Assembly (NCBI RefSeq): GCF_001949145.1
Contig: NW_019091357.1
Location: forward strand, 3,868,228-3,932,227
Direction of reading: 5' to 3'
From: Acanthaster planci
Lineage: Eukaryota
DNA: 64,000 nt
A model generated the notes under the pieces. The model was not told the DNA's origin. It was given only the letters and a program-made list of their open reading frames with translations, and did no database searches. Both the position numbers and the translations under genes were made by a program. Below, piece by piece: positions 13,501 to 26,200 of this stretch. Position 1 is the first letter of the stretch. Each line of letters starts with the position of its first letter.

Positions 13501-15969
13501 AATCGATCCATTGTTGATGAAGTCAGGTGAGTGTTTTAAATTCGGTGAGATTTCAGTCCGAATTGGCTGTCCATACCAATACCGAGTTTTTTCCTAAATT
13601 CGTATCGTGACATATTGAATTTTCAAACAACATTGACATGCATCATAACAGTTTCAAAAGGAATAAAATCCATTCAAATTGATTTTTAACCCCAGTTGGC
13701 ACTGAGCCTCTTCGGTATGACTGGAGGTCCGCTGCTTGGTCTGTTCAGTCTGGGGATGTTCTTCCCCTGGACAAATTCAAAGGTAGGATCACTCAGAAGC
13801 AACATCCCCACAGCGCAGGCCTTATTGCAACTGTTGTCCGCGTGGGTTCACCTACTGTATTCCCCAAATCAACAACAACCCCCGTAGCAACAAATCCAAT
13901 CCCGTAATTCTTGAAAGTTTTATTCTTTTCAGTCCCTGTTTCCATGATTACGCTGCAAAAACTGTGTATAGCCAGTAAACACTATTTAAACATTTTTAGC
14001 TGTACCTTTTTTAAACATGTTTAAATGTTAAGCGCGTTTAGATTTTTAATGGATTCCATTTAGCCACAAGGCACTAAAGGTTGAACGTAATAATCTTAAA
14101 ATTACATAGAACATGTTCAATTACGAGGAACACAAAACAAACTTGAAAACTGAATATTCGGCATCCAAATATGTTTGGTAATCGTTAGCAAAATTGTGTT
14201 TAAAAGCTGAAAATATTTTTTTATGGTGCTTCCTTGTCAGGATGCGTTCCATCGTCCCTTCCTCATGTCAGGTATCTTTACCACCCATCGCCCTTCATCT
14301 CTGCCCCGTTGATCTTTGTCTTTCACTCTCGGCTTTACCATCCGCGACCGGCCTCGAAATTATTTCCACCTCAGTCATCGCTGATTTTCCGAAAAAGTCA
14401 ACTTTAAGGAAAGCATGCCTGGAGCCGTACTCAAAAGTAACATATTGCCTGAAATCCACTTCTTGTTTTTCAAGGGTGCGATCGTAGGACTTTTAGCAGG
14501 CCTAACTTTCGCCTTTTGGGTCGGCATAGGGGCCATTATTTATCCGCCAAGCATCTACAGACCTCCGCTAACCATCGAAGGATGCAACCTGACCACGTCC
14601 ATCACGACACCCAGCCCACTTCTGATGACGACAACAACTATCGCTCCAGAAACGTACGTGAGTTATGCCTCACTTTATACTATGGGCATAAATTCGGGGG
14701 TACATATATACCCCCCCATTTGAGGTGGGGGGTGAGCTATTGAATCACCCCTCCCCCCACACACACTCTTTTGTGCTGAGCAAAAAAAAATTAATGCGGA
14801 TTATGAAAAAAATTCTAAAACTTCTAACCAACATGCATTAAATATCACTCAAAAAGGGAAAACAATTTTGAAAAGCCATAAATATACCACTCTGAATTCC
14901 TTACGCAGATACACATGATCACCATGAACATTGTCCTCTATACAGTCATATGGTTTTATCCCCCACACTGCTTTTTAAATTTTCATGGCCGGGCAAGTCA
15001 TCCTCCCACCTCTCCCCACCCCACCCCCCATCTTCGGCACAAATTCTCGCCACTGCTTGATACTTGTCCATAGTATTAAGAATTTGCCCTACGTTTGGGT
15101 GAAAGTGCTCTTTACTAAGTTTGAATCATAATGATCAAGAGCAATATCTCCTTTCTTACCACTTCAGTTCACCCATTGGTGAATTATACTCACTCTCGTA
15201 CGCCTGGTATGCTTGTGCCTTCTGGCTGGTGACCGTTGTCGTTGGATTATTAGTCAGTTTTCTGACAGGTAAGCCTGCACTATTTCCCTTGTTCAACTAT
15301 CATAATTTAGCTCGAAGCACGCCGGGGGGGGGGATTAATGAAGTGGGCTTCGTGCCAAGGTCACCCTCTGCGTGCACCTAACACCAACGTCACGATTTCT
15401 GCTAGACTTGTGAAACTGCTTCCGGAACTACGGTCCCAACAGACGCCATTTCTCTTTCTGAAACTCCTAACCGGCGCACACGCCCACTATCTATTGGCTG
15501 TCCATGCTTGAAGCTTAATTATAAAGCCTCAAAAATGAAAACCTTCAACTTACTTTATAAAATTAAGATTTTTCCCATGCTCAAGGTGCTACCAAGAGGC
15601 AAGACATCGACCCTGTCCTTCGGTCTCATTGCGTGGACGGTGTGTACTGCTGCCTCCCAGAAGTGATTAAGAAGCCACTGCGATGCGGAGACGAGAAACC
15701 GGTAAGATATGCCAATTTAGACTTAGGAAGATGTTTCAATCACTGAGAAAACAAGCCGTCAGATGTAAGCAATACCAATGTTCTTGGTATTTCAGGATTA
15801 CACAGAGAAGGACCAAGGGGCAGAGATCGTTGAGGTCAAACCTGGTTTGACCACTTACGCCGCGGACATCGACAATGATGACGTTGGCAAGGCCACCTTT
15901 GCCACTGAGCACCAGAGCGGCACTGGCACAGAAAACGGCTTGGACAATGAGGTCTTCACATCCCTGTAA
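7503..15969 (+). CDS. SLC5A8-like: Gene B: sodium-coupled monocarboxylate transporter-like, complete, 15 exons, 632 aa
   Basis: Exons 7503-7853, 8266-8331, 8546-8597, 8876-8943, 9308-9462, 10195-10335, 11896-12031, 12340-12428, 13047-13159, 13393-13463, 13696-13782, 14475-14653, 15168-15268, 15586-15701, 15796-15969 (1899 nt, open frame). SSS-family motifs: [75 protein letters not shown]; ends FTSL*. Confidence 0.95.
10575..10740. repeat. Copy 2 of the 2870-3060 repeat family (gene B intron 6)
   Basis: Aligns by eye with 2870-3030 in the same orientation. Confidence 0.7.
11110..11750 (-). mobile_element. Old LINE (CR1/L2-like) 3' RT fragment in gene B intron 6
   Basis: Minus ORF 11120-11323 contains [21 protein letters not shown]...NLFCLKRN, resembling the RT C-terminal 'RT..Y.NSFFPR....WNSLP....NL..FK' motif of CR1/L2 LINEs. 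Upstream sequence is degenerate; boundaries approximate. Confidence 0.5.
12445..12620. repeat. Copy 3 of the 2870-3060 repeat family (gene B intron 8), with an internal 20-bp tandem duplication
   Basis: Aligns with copy 1; GTTCCTAGCAACACACGCTC occurs twice at ~12475-12514. Confidence 0.6.
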
Positions 15970-16665
15970 TCATGAGACCACCTCCACAAAAAGCAGGCCT
16001 GGGTTAATTTTATACATATCTGAGGTCTTTGGAATTTGTATTAATATGAATTCCCAAAAGTATTGCAAGAAAATTACATAGACAGGGTATACTGTAGGTG
16101 TCTTTGGTTATATCTTACACAGATCTCTGCTAGGCAAGGATTCCTCATCTCTTTAGCAAAATGTCTATGTTATTTCTCTCGCAGTTTCAATATAAGTTCA
16201 CCCGTTCTGAATAACTTTGTAACTTTCAAACATTTCCAATGTTGTAAGATTAAAATTATGCTTTACTGTCAATAGAGCAGCCAGACAATTTATTTAAAAG
16301 AACGTAATCTACGATGCCTTCGCTTGCTCTTTGCGGCAGCGTATAATGAAACATGTCGGTGAAATATGCATACGTGATGAACCAACACTTAACTTGTAAA
16401 TATGGAAAGTTTGCAAGTACACACTGCGCTCCGCATATTTAATGAGGTGGCCGGCCCATAGTACAATGAAACGAATGCACAGTCGTTGCGTAGGGACGCC
16501 CATTGCATACTTCACGTGCGTTACTGGGATTCGGGTTAGAAAGGCAAACATCGTGCGGCTCCAAAACGGCAGATTAAAGAAACTGAAACTACAGTTGGAC
16601 GGGAAATTGTTTATGTATAATTATTTCCACTTGTCTACAGGAAATACTCATTTCACAGGCTCTAG

Positions 16666-19420
16666 TTTAGTTTAGTTTACCTATTTCCATATCTTAAATG
16701 AAATATTCACATGAATTTAATAATAATAAAATAACAAAAATGACATGAGGATTCCAGATAAGAAACAAATGCTTGTACAAGATCTTTAACCCGTTTCTGA
16801 TCATTTAAATAATGGGCTATTATATATTAAAAGATCAGAAATAGAAAAACTTATCTGTGTATGCCTCAATAATCCTGTTTCTTACTAACTAAATAAATGT
16901 CTACGACAATAACTACAATGTGGGATAGAGGAAACTACTGAAATAAAGAATAAGAAAAAAAGAAAGCAACGGAATAACAAACAATGACCAAAAAGGAACT
17001 GGCCAGATAATAATGATAAATGTTCAACAGTATGTGGAATGACGAAAGTGAAAATAAGTATTAATTATTAATTGTCAGTAAAATTTGACAACAGCAACGT
17101 TTTAAGATACTTTATGAAAAGTTCCAGTAACCTAAAGGTAGGCATTGGTTTGGGGTAGTTCCATAGAAGAGGCCCTTGATTTCTGACATTGGATAAATAA
17201 AGAGATATTCGTGCTTTGTGGAGGTGTAGATCTGCGGCTGACCTTGTGTTATAAGAATATATATCAGAGTTTTTCTTAAATAATGAGTTATATATTTAGG
17301 TTAAGATTTTCGTTTCAAATGTGTACACCAGTACACCGAGGTGGTATTTATATAAATCAAAGAGTGACAAGGTTTTGTATTTACTAAACTATGGTGCAGA
17401 ATGTTCTGTAGATTTCAAGTTATTAACTACTCTTAATGTTTTCTTTTGCATGATATACAATTTATTAATATAGAAGGGGTAAGTGTTACCCATGCTAATG
17501 TATCATACTGAAGGTGAGGCAAGGACAAGATATTGTAAATTAAGAATAAGATATCTAAAGTTATATGTACGTGAGTCGTGTTTCAGTTTTCTTAGGATGC
17601 CTTAGTTCCAAGAAAGTGACATGAGGACTTTTTGACAATGTTGCTTCCAAGAAAGTTTATCAATAATTACCCCCATAAATTAACAGGTATCAACTTGTTC
17701 TATTTGTGTATTTTTTAAGTAAACAGCGATACTCGTAGTAACTTTCTAATTAAAAAACACCATACATTTTTGTTTTATACAAGTTAATGGAACCACTCAC
17801 AGAATTTGCATAGTTGCCAATTAATAATGTGAATTGCCTCAGGTAAGATTTTGCTGCTTTAAAACACACACGTGTCATCAGCAAATAAATAAAGGAGAGT
17901 ATACTCGACGAGTTACAGATATCATTAATTTAAATCAGAAAAAGTATAGGACCAAGTATTGAGCCTGGAGGTACGCCACATCCTGTTTGGTGCAAATGAA
18001 GAGTTGGTGTTCTACCCTACTACATACAGTTTCCTATCTCTTCGGTAATTTTTTAACCATTCTAGAGCAACTCCTCTAATTCCATATTTATTTAGTTTAC
18101 CAATCAGAATATTATGATCTACTGTGTCAAAAGCCTTTGACATATCCAAAAATAGCCCAATCGTAAAAGGGAGTTGTCGAGCGATAAACTTATTTGATCA
18201 GCAAAGTTGAACAGTGCAAGTTGAGTTGAGTAGTAGACTCTAAATCCGTAAAGTTGTACATGCGATTTACCACAAACGTTTCTGGTATTTTAGAGAAACA
18301 CGGTACAATAGAAATAGAGCGATAGTTGCTGATTAGAGATGGGTCACCAGTTTTGTATATCGGGATAACTTTAGCTGTTTTTATTTCATCTGATACTTCA
18401 CCAGATTCAAAAGAGCAGTTGAAGAATGTTGCCAGAGGACACAGAATATATAGAGATATATCTTAGATAGCCTGATGGTGGGTCTCATCATGTCCTCTAT
18501 TTTTTTTACTCGGAATCTTTTTATACAATTATAAATTTCATCAGTTGATCAGGCTAGCGTAAGGAACAAGGAATTAAGGAAATCCTCGCTAATATAATCC
18601 AGTGGGTCTACATTGGATTCAGGGATCCCTTGACCTAGTTAAGGGCCTACATTTGTGAAAAATTAAACTGGTCAGCAATTGTTTTGGGATCTACAATGCT
18701 GGCGTTGTTTATTTTGAACGCAGTGGGGGCTGGATGCTTATTGTATTTTACTTGAGTTTCCAAGTACTAGTTATGTTATTTTTTGTTTGTTAAACATCTT
18801 GGTAAAATCTTTAATTTCTTAGCTGTTCTCATGACGTTATTAAGTTTGTTCGTATATCTAACGTATTTATGCTTACTGGTATCCATGAGATTACTGGGAT
18901 ATTGTTTATATAATGTTCGTTCCGTCTTATTGATTTTAACTGCCCCATTGTCATCCATGGATTAACATTGATGTTTTACGTGGTTATAAATCTCTTGTAA
19001 CGTTCATCAAATAAATAATGTAGCTTTTGTATGAAGCTCGTATAACATCCATCAACATTTTCCGTCAACAGTACCGAGTTCCAATCAGTGTTAGTTAATT
19101 TGTTTTTAGGGTTATTCATATTTGAGGGGCAAATATTTCTTTTTCAATTAAAGAAATGTTTTTCTTTGGTTTTATCAATTTGGGCCCAAATGTAAAAATA
19201 GGTAGATGATCACTAATAACTTAGATATTATGATTCCAGTGGAATGAGGCTCAGTGCTGTCGGTGAAAATATTATCCATTAGGATGACCTTATTACTCGT
19301 TATTATTGTAGGTTTATCAATTGTTGGCTGGAAAGAAATTATTGCTTTGAGCGTGCGTCTCATAGTCCAGTACGTTTACATGGAAATCGTCAAGCATATT
19401 CCTTTACATACACTTACTAA
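16666..19420 (-). mobile_element. Degenerate 5'-truncated non-LTR retrotransposon (CR1/L2-group LINE; endonuclease end + RT)
   Basis: Minus-strand fragments IGLFLDMSKAFDTVDHNILIGKLNKYGIRGVALEWLKNY (~18050-18165), CGVPPGSILGPILFLI*IND and FADDT (~17870-17985), and FQPTIDKPTIITSNKVILMDNIFT...DHLPIF (~19195-19335), broken by stops and frameshifts. Short (CTAAA)n tail at 16666-16679. The empty site is visible in the duplicated copy at 33853/33854. Confidence 0.88.
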
Positions 19421-20219
19421 CAGCAAACTCCTTTAATTTAAGAAACGGAAGATCGGTCAAGTTTTCTAAAACCTACTTATTGAAAGATACCAATTAAAAA
19501 AATTTAAATAATTCGGTCTTGTAGCCAGTAAAAGGATTTGTAGTTTTCTTATTGTCGTAGTCCACCATTTTAAATGTTTTAAGACAAAACCATAGACCAA
19601 TATTTATAGGGTTAGTATTATTTTTACACATTGTCAAATTATTCTACACTACATGTACGTGTTTTAAGTGTACACGAATACACTTAAAAATGGCCTCTGA
19701 AAATCCCTGAATATTTGTTACAAAAGTTACTGTTCACACAAAGAGCTTTGTATGGTTACTTTCTGGGTAAATATAGAGACATCTAAATGAAACAGTTCCT
19801 AATTAAATTTATATTCCAAAGCCAGGCAATATTTAAAGTTTTAATCTCTCTTATTTACTGTCCACCAAATGGAACCTTACTGTATAATGGCACCCGAGGG
19901 GCCTTTTCTCTATAGCAGTTAATGATGATTTCATTCATTTTCATTCATTTAATTTTCAATTAATTCTTGGCGATATGCTACAGATTGTATTAATGTAACG
20001 AGAGGGGTTCTTTTGCTTCACTACGTAGGACTAATCCGCTGAAAGTGATATATTGAAATAGTAGCACTTGGCAGACATTTGCAGTTTGTGACTTGTGACT
20101 AGTACTTGAAATTAATGAAGTATAAACAACCCAAGCTCTTGTTATTTTTCAAATTTGGACCAAATTTGCATGTTTTTATCGGGCTCATCAACATGCACAG
20201 GGAGGCAAAGACACCTGGC

Positions 20220-23200
20220 CTACATTTGAGTGGCGGGTTGGTCCGAGTCGTCTTCAATGGGATTATCGTAGGCGTTCTCCTCCGGATTATCCGGCTTAGG
20301 TACGTACTTCAAGTTGGTAATCATCCCCACTCCGTTGTAGTCATTCATTTGGAAGTCCTGCGACGTCCTGACGTCATCAACCTCTTTCACGCAGTATGCA
20401 ATGTCCCTTGTGTCATCATCTTCCTCGAATTCCTAAGGAACATGAAGCAAACAACATTCAGTTCGTACTGCCGGTGACGTAAAAGTAAATGGATATATAC
20501 CCCTTTACAATTTCCTGGTACAGCGGCACTTATTGTTATTATATCAAGCGCAGGAGTCCGAGCCATGGCAATGACGGCAGCTAGGCCCCCATATAGTCAT
20601 GTGTTATTTCAAGCCGCAGCCAAGTGATTCGGAAGCGACCCTATGTTTGCTTCGGCAATTTCTGAGCTTAGCAAGGCCTTTTTATTAAACTCTGATACCG
20701 TAAGAGTTACGTCACCTCGGACGACAGGAAATGTTTGACTGATTTGTTTGACTTTGGTTTTCTTGCTTGCTTGTCAACAAATAGTTCCAATACCTACAGA
20801 TCCTCCTCATTAATATTGGTCCCGCTTCTCACCAGTTTGTCCTGTCCACAGCGCATGGGTTTTTTAATAACTTCCGGCAGGCAACAGTAGCATGCATCGG
20901 CGATGTGTTGGTATAGCATCGGGTCGTTATCGCTAGACTTGTTGGCTCCTGCATTAAAAACAAATGGACGCCAAAACTCATGTAGGTGTTTTATTACTCT
21001 CGTCAAAGCTAACAGTTGGAGGGCAGAAATATTTTTCATGTTTTCACTCTAATTATTAATACTTATTAACCGTTTCGACAGTTAACAAAACACCAGCTGG
21101 CTGTGCATACCCCACGCAGAAGGCGTCACGCTCGCGCGTACTTCCATATGAGGAGACTACCTACGACTACTCACGAGAAGAAAATTCCAAAACTTTGCTT
21201 GAGGGGTATTCGGGGGAAAAGGGAAACTTGTTGAATAAAATCGTTGAAAATGTGTAATTTTTAAACCTGCTTTGACTCTCTGTCTCAAAAATGTATTTAT
21301 GAATAGGAATAAAATGTGCTTGGCCAGTCTGAAACGAACGTTGCATGCGTTGTATGGTTGCTTCTTGCGAATGTATTTTGTACCAGATAAAATCTCATCA
21401 GTGATAATTCCTTTACTAGCTGTGGAAGACTCACTTTGTCACTTGACAATCTTAACTAACTGTTAATCTAATCTATATTTTTATTCCAATTATAACAATA
21501 TAGCCTATAAATGAACTCAACCAATTGCCTCACCGGTTAGGAAGCTGACGAGCAGGCCAACAACCACGGTGATCAGCCAATACGTGCAGCTGTACCATGA
21601 GTATGACAGAGTGTACAAAGCAGCAATGGCGGGCCTTCAGGAAATGACACAACGCATTGATAATACATAATGCTTGAAAATAATGCTCGGGAAAGATTTG
21701 CACGTGGTGTGGGGATGTCTTTCTTAGCTTAACGTGTGGCTTCCATATTACCTTTGTCAGAATAGCACGTACGTACATTCGTTAAGTTTGAGTGAAATTA
21801 TACATTTGGCGGATATGGTTTACGGATACTTTTAATGATGAACAAGTTAAGCAACTCTTAAACAAGATCAGGTCACACTTCCATGTTGGAATTGGCAGTT
21901 AACTTTAGGACGAGCTTGTACGGGCTCAGCAAACCTTCTCAGAGTATTTTGGACTTAGACGTGCCTATTATGTTCAATGGGTCCCTCTGGTTGAGTCTAC
22001 GAGAGTCTGGAATACCTGGGTTCCTCGTTACGCGTCATAGTTGTAAAGCCTGGCATGGCCGTCGGGCCCATACCATCGAACGTGGAGTTGGTTGCGTTCG
22101 TAGAGTAACAGCCGTCAATGACAAGCGGGGGCTTGTAGACCTCGGGCGGGTAGATCTGCGCGCCAATGCCTACCCAGAAGGCCATGGCGAGTCCGCAGAT
22201 GAGACCAGTCAGAGCACCCTGGAGGATTATGGAGGGAGTGTTAATCATTGTGTAATTGAGTGTTAATCATTTAGAATAGTGTGGATGATTAGGATCCAAA
22301 TACCCCGACTGGTGGCGTGAAGCATGCCAGCTGAATGTGTAGAAAAGTTTGAGCTGGCGAAAGTTAGTGAATTAGCGGTCGAAGAGAATGTGTTGATGGT
22401 AGATGACCATGTGTCTGTGTGTAGGGCCTGAGGAATGAACAGTGGCACCCTGACAGTACACAGCGATGATTCTATGTACAGTTTTTGTATGGACGCGGCA
22501 ACACAGGCAGAGGTGATAATGACATCGAATATGACAACAAAGATGGTGGTCAGGGCGTTGATCACGTTTAGAGCAATGCCTACGGGGATGATTAAGGTGG
22601 TGCAGGTGAAGCATTCTCTGGTGGAGACAGAGCGTTAAGAGTGAAATGCATGGAATTTGCAGCGGGGCTGACCCCACGAACGTTAAAGAAACCAAAACAT
22701 CTTTTTGCATGGAAGAGGCACAGTGAAGTGCATTGCAAGACATGAGAAGGGTTCTGTGTAAATGGATTATGGCAATGTTCTACCTTCGAGTTAGACCAAG
22801 GGAAGAACATTCCAAGACTGAAGATTCCCATCAGTGGCCCGCCCGTCATGCCGTAGAGACTTAGAGCCAACTGCATCGAACAGAAAAGAAACGAACAGCT
22901 AAAGTACATTTTTACAATCTGCAAGGCTAGTCTACAAAATCTTATAAGGCAATATTAAATTTTAAGGATGTCCATGATCTTATCTGTATTAGTTTCATGT
23001 TAAGATTTATTAATCAAACTACTGCTGGGTAGTATTTACGAGACTGCGTCATGGCTTCCATTTGATGCACATTATTATACCTGGTAGTAGACAAAACATT
23101 CTAAAGCAGACTAAAATCTTTAAATCTCGATGTACACGTGCTTACAAACCTGAAAAAGTTTCACCATTTCGACTTTCACTTACCTGAAGGACTCCTTTGT

Positions 23201-26200
23201 TTAGGAGAGATACAATGTACGCAGCCAGCAAACTTAGTAATCCGAATCCCATAGCTGTGGATGATACCAGAACGAGACGAAAGATTTAGTGAAAAAGGGG
23301 GGGAGGAGAATACAAAATTATACAATTTCAAGGTTAAGCCAAAATGAATAACTAGATGTCTTCTTAAAGGGCATTTTAATCAGTGTAAAAATATATATAT
23401 ATTTAAAGGTCCAGTCAGTGATCTGTTGCCTCTTTGTGTTGAGTAAGCCACAGTCAACTCGACAAAGCTACCGAAAGCTGGATGGCCTGGAATTAGCCAA
23501 TTAGTGAACACCTCCAACTCCACGGGAATTAGGCCTCCAAGGTAATCGCTTGCACTGAGGATTAATTAAGTACTTCAAGTATTCAGTAGCTATGTCTGCA
23601 ATAAACAAGAGGTGGTAACAGTAAGCCACAGTCAAGTAGCCGAGTCTTCACATGCAAAGAACCGGAGAGGCACTCTGGGGAATATTCTATCGGGGCTGAG
23701 CGCTTTCACTCTCAATCAGAAATCAACCCGACAGAGTTAGTATACTGAGGCACATGACGTATACCGACCTATCCCTTTAGTTACGAGTGTGTATCGCTCC
23801 TCTTGCATATTCTTGAAACAGGGTCTGACAAGGTCCTCCGCAGTCACTGCCGCGAGCGAGTTCAGCCCCGAGGAGACAGTGCTAGGAAGAAGAGACATGG
23901 AACAAATTTCTACACATACAGATACTTTACACATATACTGTATCTTTGCATGTAAAATTTACATAACGGTTGGAAAGTAGATTGAACCACAGAAAGGAGT
24001 ACTGTGGGCGTGAAAAGTCGAAAGAGAAGTCTTACCTCAACGCTGCGCTGAAGACAGAGGATGTAAACAACCCAGGCAGGCCTGGTAAACCTCCAAATAG
24101 TTCCATCACAAAGATGGGAATAAGCTACAAGACATGTAATCAGAAGTAAAAGTTATTAGTCGGGAACGGTGATGCAGCCAATCCCAAATTCACCCCACCT
24201 CATTGCCAAACCCAACTCGACATAATCGGCCAACCTAATCCATCCGACGGCCAGAAAAGGACAGTGAAATTTAACACCAACTAACCCAAACCACGATCAC
24301 AATATTAGACTTTCAAATTTGGATGAAATGATTCACGTAAATCCACTAAATATTCCTAAGAACATGCCCACACCTGATCTGTTTGGTCGATTTGATTGGA
24401 TGTGTAGGGATCACATCGCTGGTTGGCGTAGTAGGAATACATCACAAGACCGGCTGAGCAGGCGCATGACACCACGATTATCATGCCGACAATTGCGAGG
24501 TATAGTGAGCTGTACAACAAGGAATTTAAATATGGGAATTTGGTCGAATTAGCAAAATGCTGACCTGTAACTACTTGCCTCTTTTTCCTGTACTGACATT
24601 GTAAGACGGAAATTAACAAAGCAGGCCGTACACGTGATAAGCACCATCGATAGCTGGATACAGACATACATTGAATAATACTGGCGGTTGCCAGAACAGT
24701 TTCGCACTTATTACATTGGCACCCCTCAGTACTGGTCATGTAAAAGGCGCCTTACCACATGTGTGTATTTGGGGTGCGTTGCGTACACGATAGGTTCATG
24801 CGATTCACCTACACGGACACAAAAATCGACTTCATCAACATAGCACACGTGGGTGTTGCGTTTGGCTGTCGGATACGCAACCCTGGCGCAAGTGTTGACG
24901 GGTATACGGTATGGAAAGGCGTCTTCAAAGGGCGATAAGCGTATACTGTGTGCTCAGCGTACAGTTATAAATCGTGCGTACTTGAATGGTGAATCCCACA
25001 ACTGACATCTCTCTCCCTTGATAACGCGATCGTTGGTTCCCTGCACAAAGTCCACGCAGACATACCGGTACGGTATAATGGACTCCAAGACTGACACTCA
25101 CATTCTGGACCTCCGTAAGTTTCCAAGCGTCAGGTATCGCTGGACCTGTGATTGGTTAACGCCGTATCCTGCCGTCCATGTGAAGCACCCTCCGACTACA
25201 ATCGACCAGAAAGTATGCCGGATAGAGGGGTCTGGAGAAAAACTGAAACACAACAATGGCATGTTATAAAGTGACAGAAGGTAAGATCGGAGCACTTATC
25301 TGACATATCGACAAAAACTGAGAAAATAACAGAAAGGCAACTATAGAGCCTACAGATGACAGTGCAAACCAACAAGACCGTCTGACTGACAGCACAGTGC
25401 AAGCCAACGCGATTAACCGCAACACAAAATAACAGTACTGCAACGCAAGAATCTAAACAATAACAAACCTAGAACTAGACTTCAAACTTAATAATAAAAC
25501 AAAAACAACACAACAGTAATCTGCGCAACGCGTAGTAAATTTTAACAAATTAGCACAACACAATATAAACACGACACAACACAACAACATACTTCCAGAA
25601 GTCGATGCGTCCTCCTTCTTCAGCGATCTTCCAGACCTGTATGAATCCACCTAGACGCAGGGAGCCTTCGATGATGACGGCCAGAAATCCTGCCATCATT
25701 ACGCACATTTGGAAGGCATCAGTCCAAAGTACAGCCTTCATGCCGCCCTAAGAAAAAGAAACGAATATAAAAAATCGTGTAGTCTCTACAACGCTTCTTC
25801 AATTTATTTCATGCAAACATCGCAACTCATTGACGACCTTTTCTTGGTCAGTTGTTTCAAAACAACCCTAAGATTTCTTCTGAGTCTGAATTATGCCTTA
25901 TCTGAAACATGCAAAGTCAACTTTCACTGAAATTCAATGAATGCTAAAAGACGTTGTTTTTAACAATTATTTTGGCTTTTTTGATCAGTTACTTTTCCCC
26001 ATTATACGTTAATTTTTTTTTAAAAAGCTATGACTTACAACTGTAGTATAAAATGTGCAGGCCACACCAATGGCAACCACGGACCCCCACAAGCTGAGAT
26101 TGGTCACTGTGAACAAGAAGAAGACGAATGCAATCAGTTTGAAAGCAAAAACGAAACAGCAAAAAGAACTATTGTATTTATGGAAAACAACGCGAAAAAA

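Noticed and set aside
13950..14230. Possible CACTG-type insertion in gene B intron 11, and a ~375-bp indel in gene D intron 4 (~41077-41450)
   Set aside because: The indels relative to paralogs are apparent, but termini are too degenerate to classify.
20106..20477. ORFs such as 20106-20477(+), 21883-22266(+), 35107-35562(+), 47198-47620(+), 57790-58149(+) and 4709-4993(-)
   Set aside because: They are antisense shadows of real SLC5 exons, with no independent coding signal.
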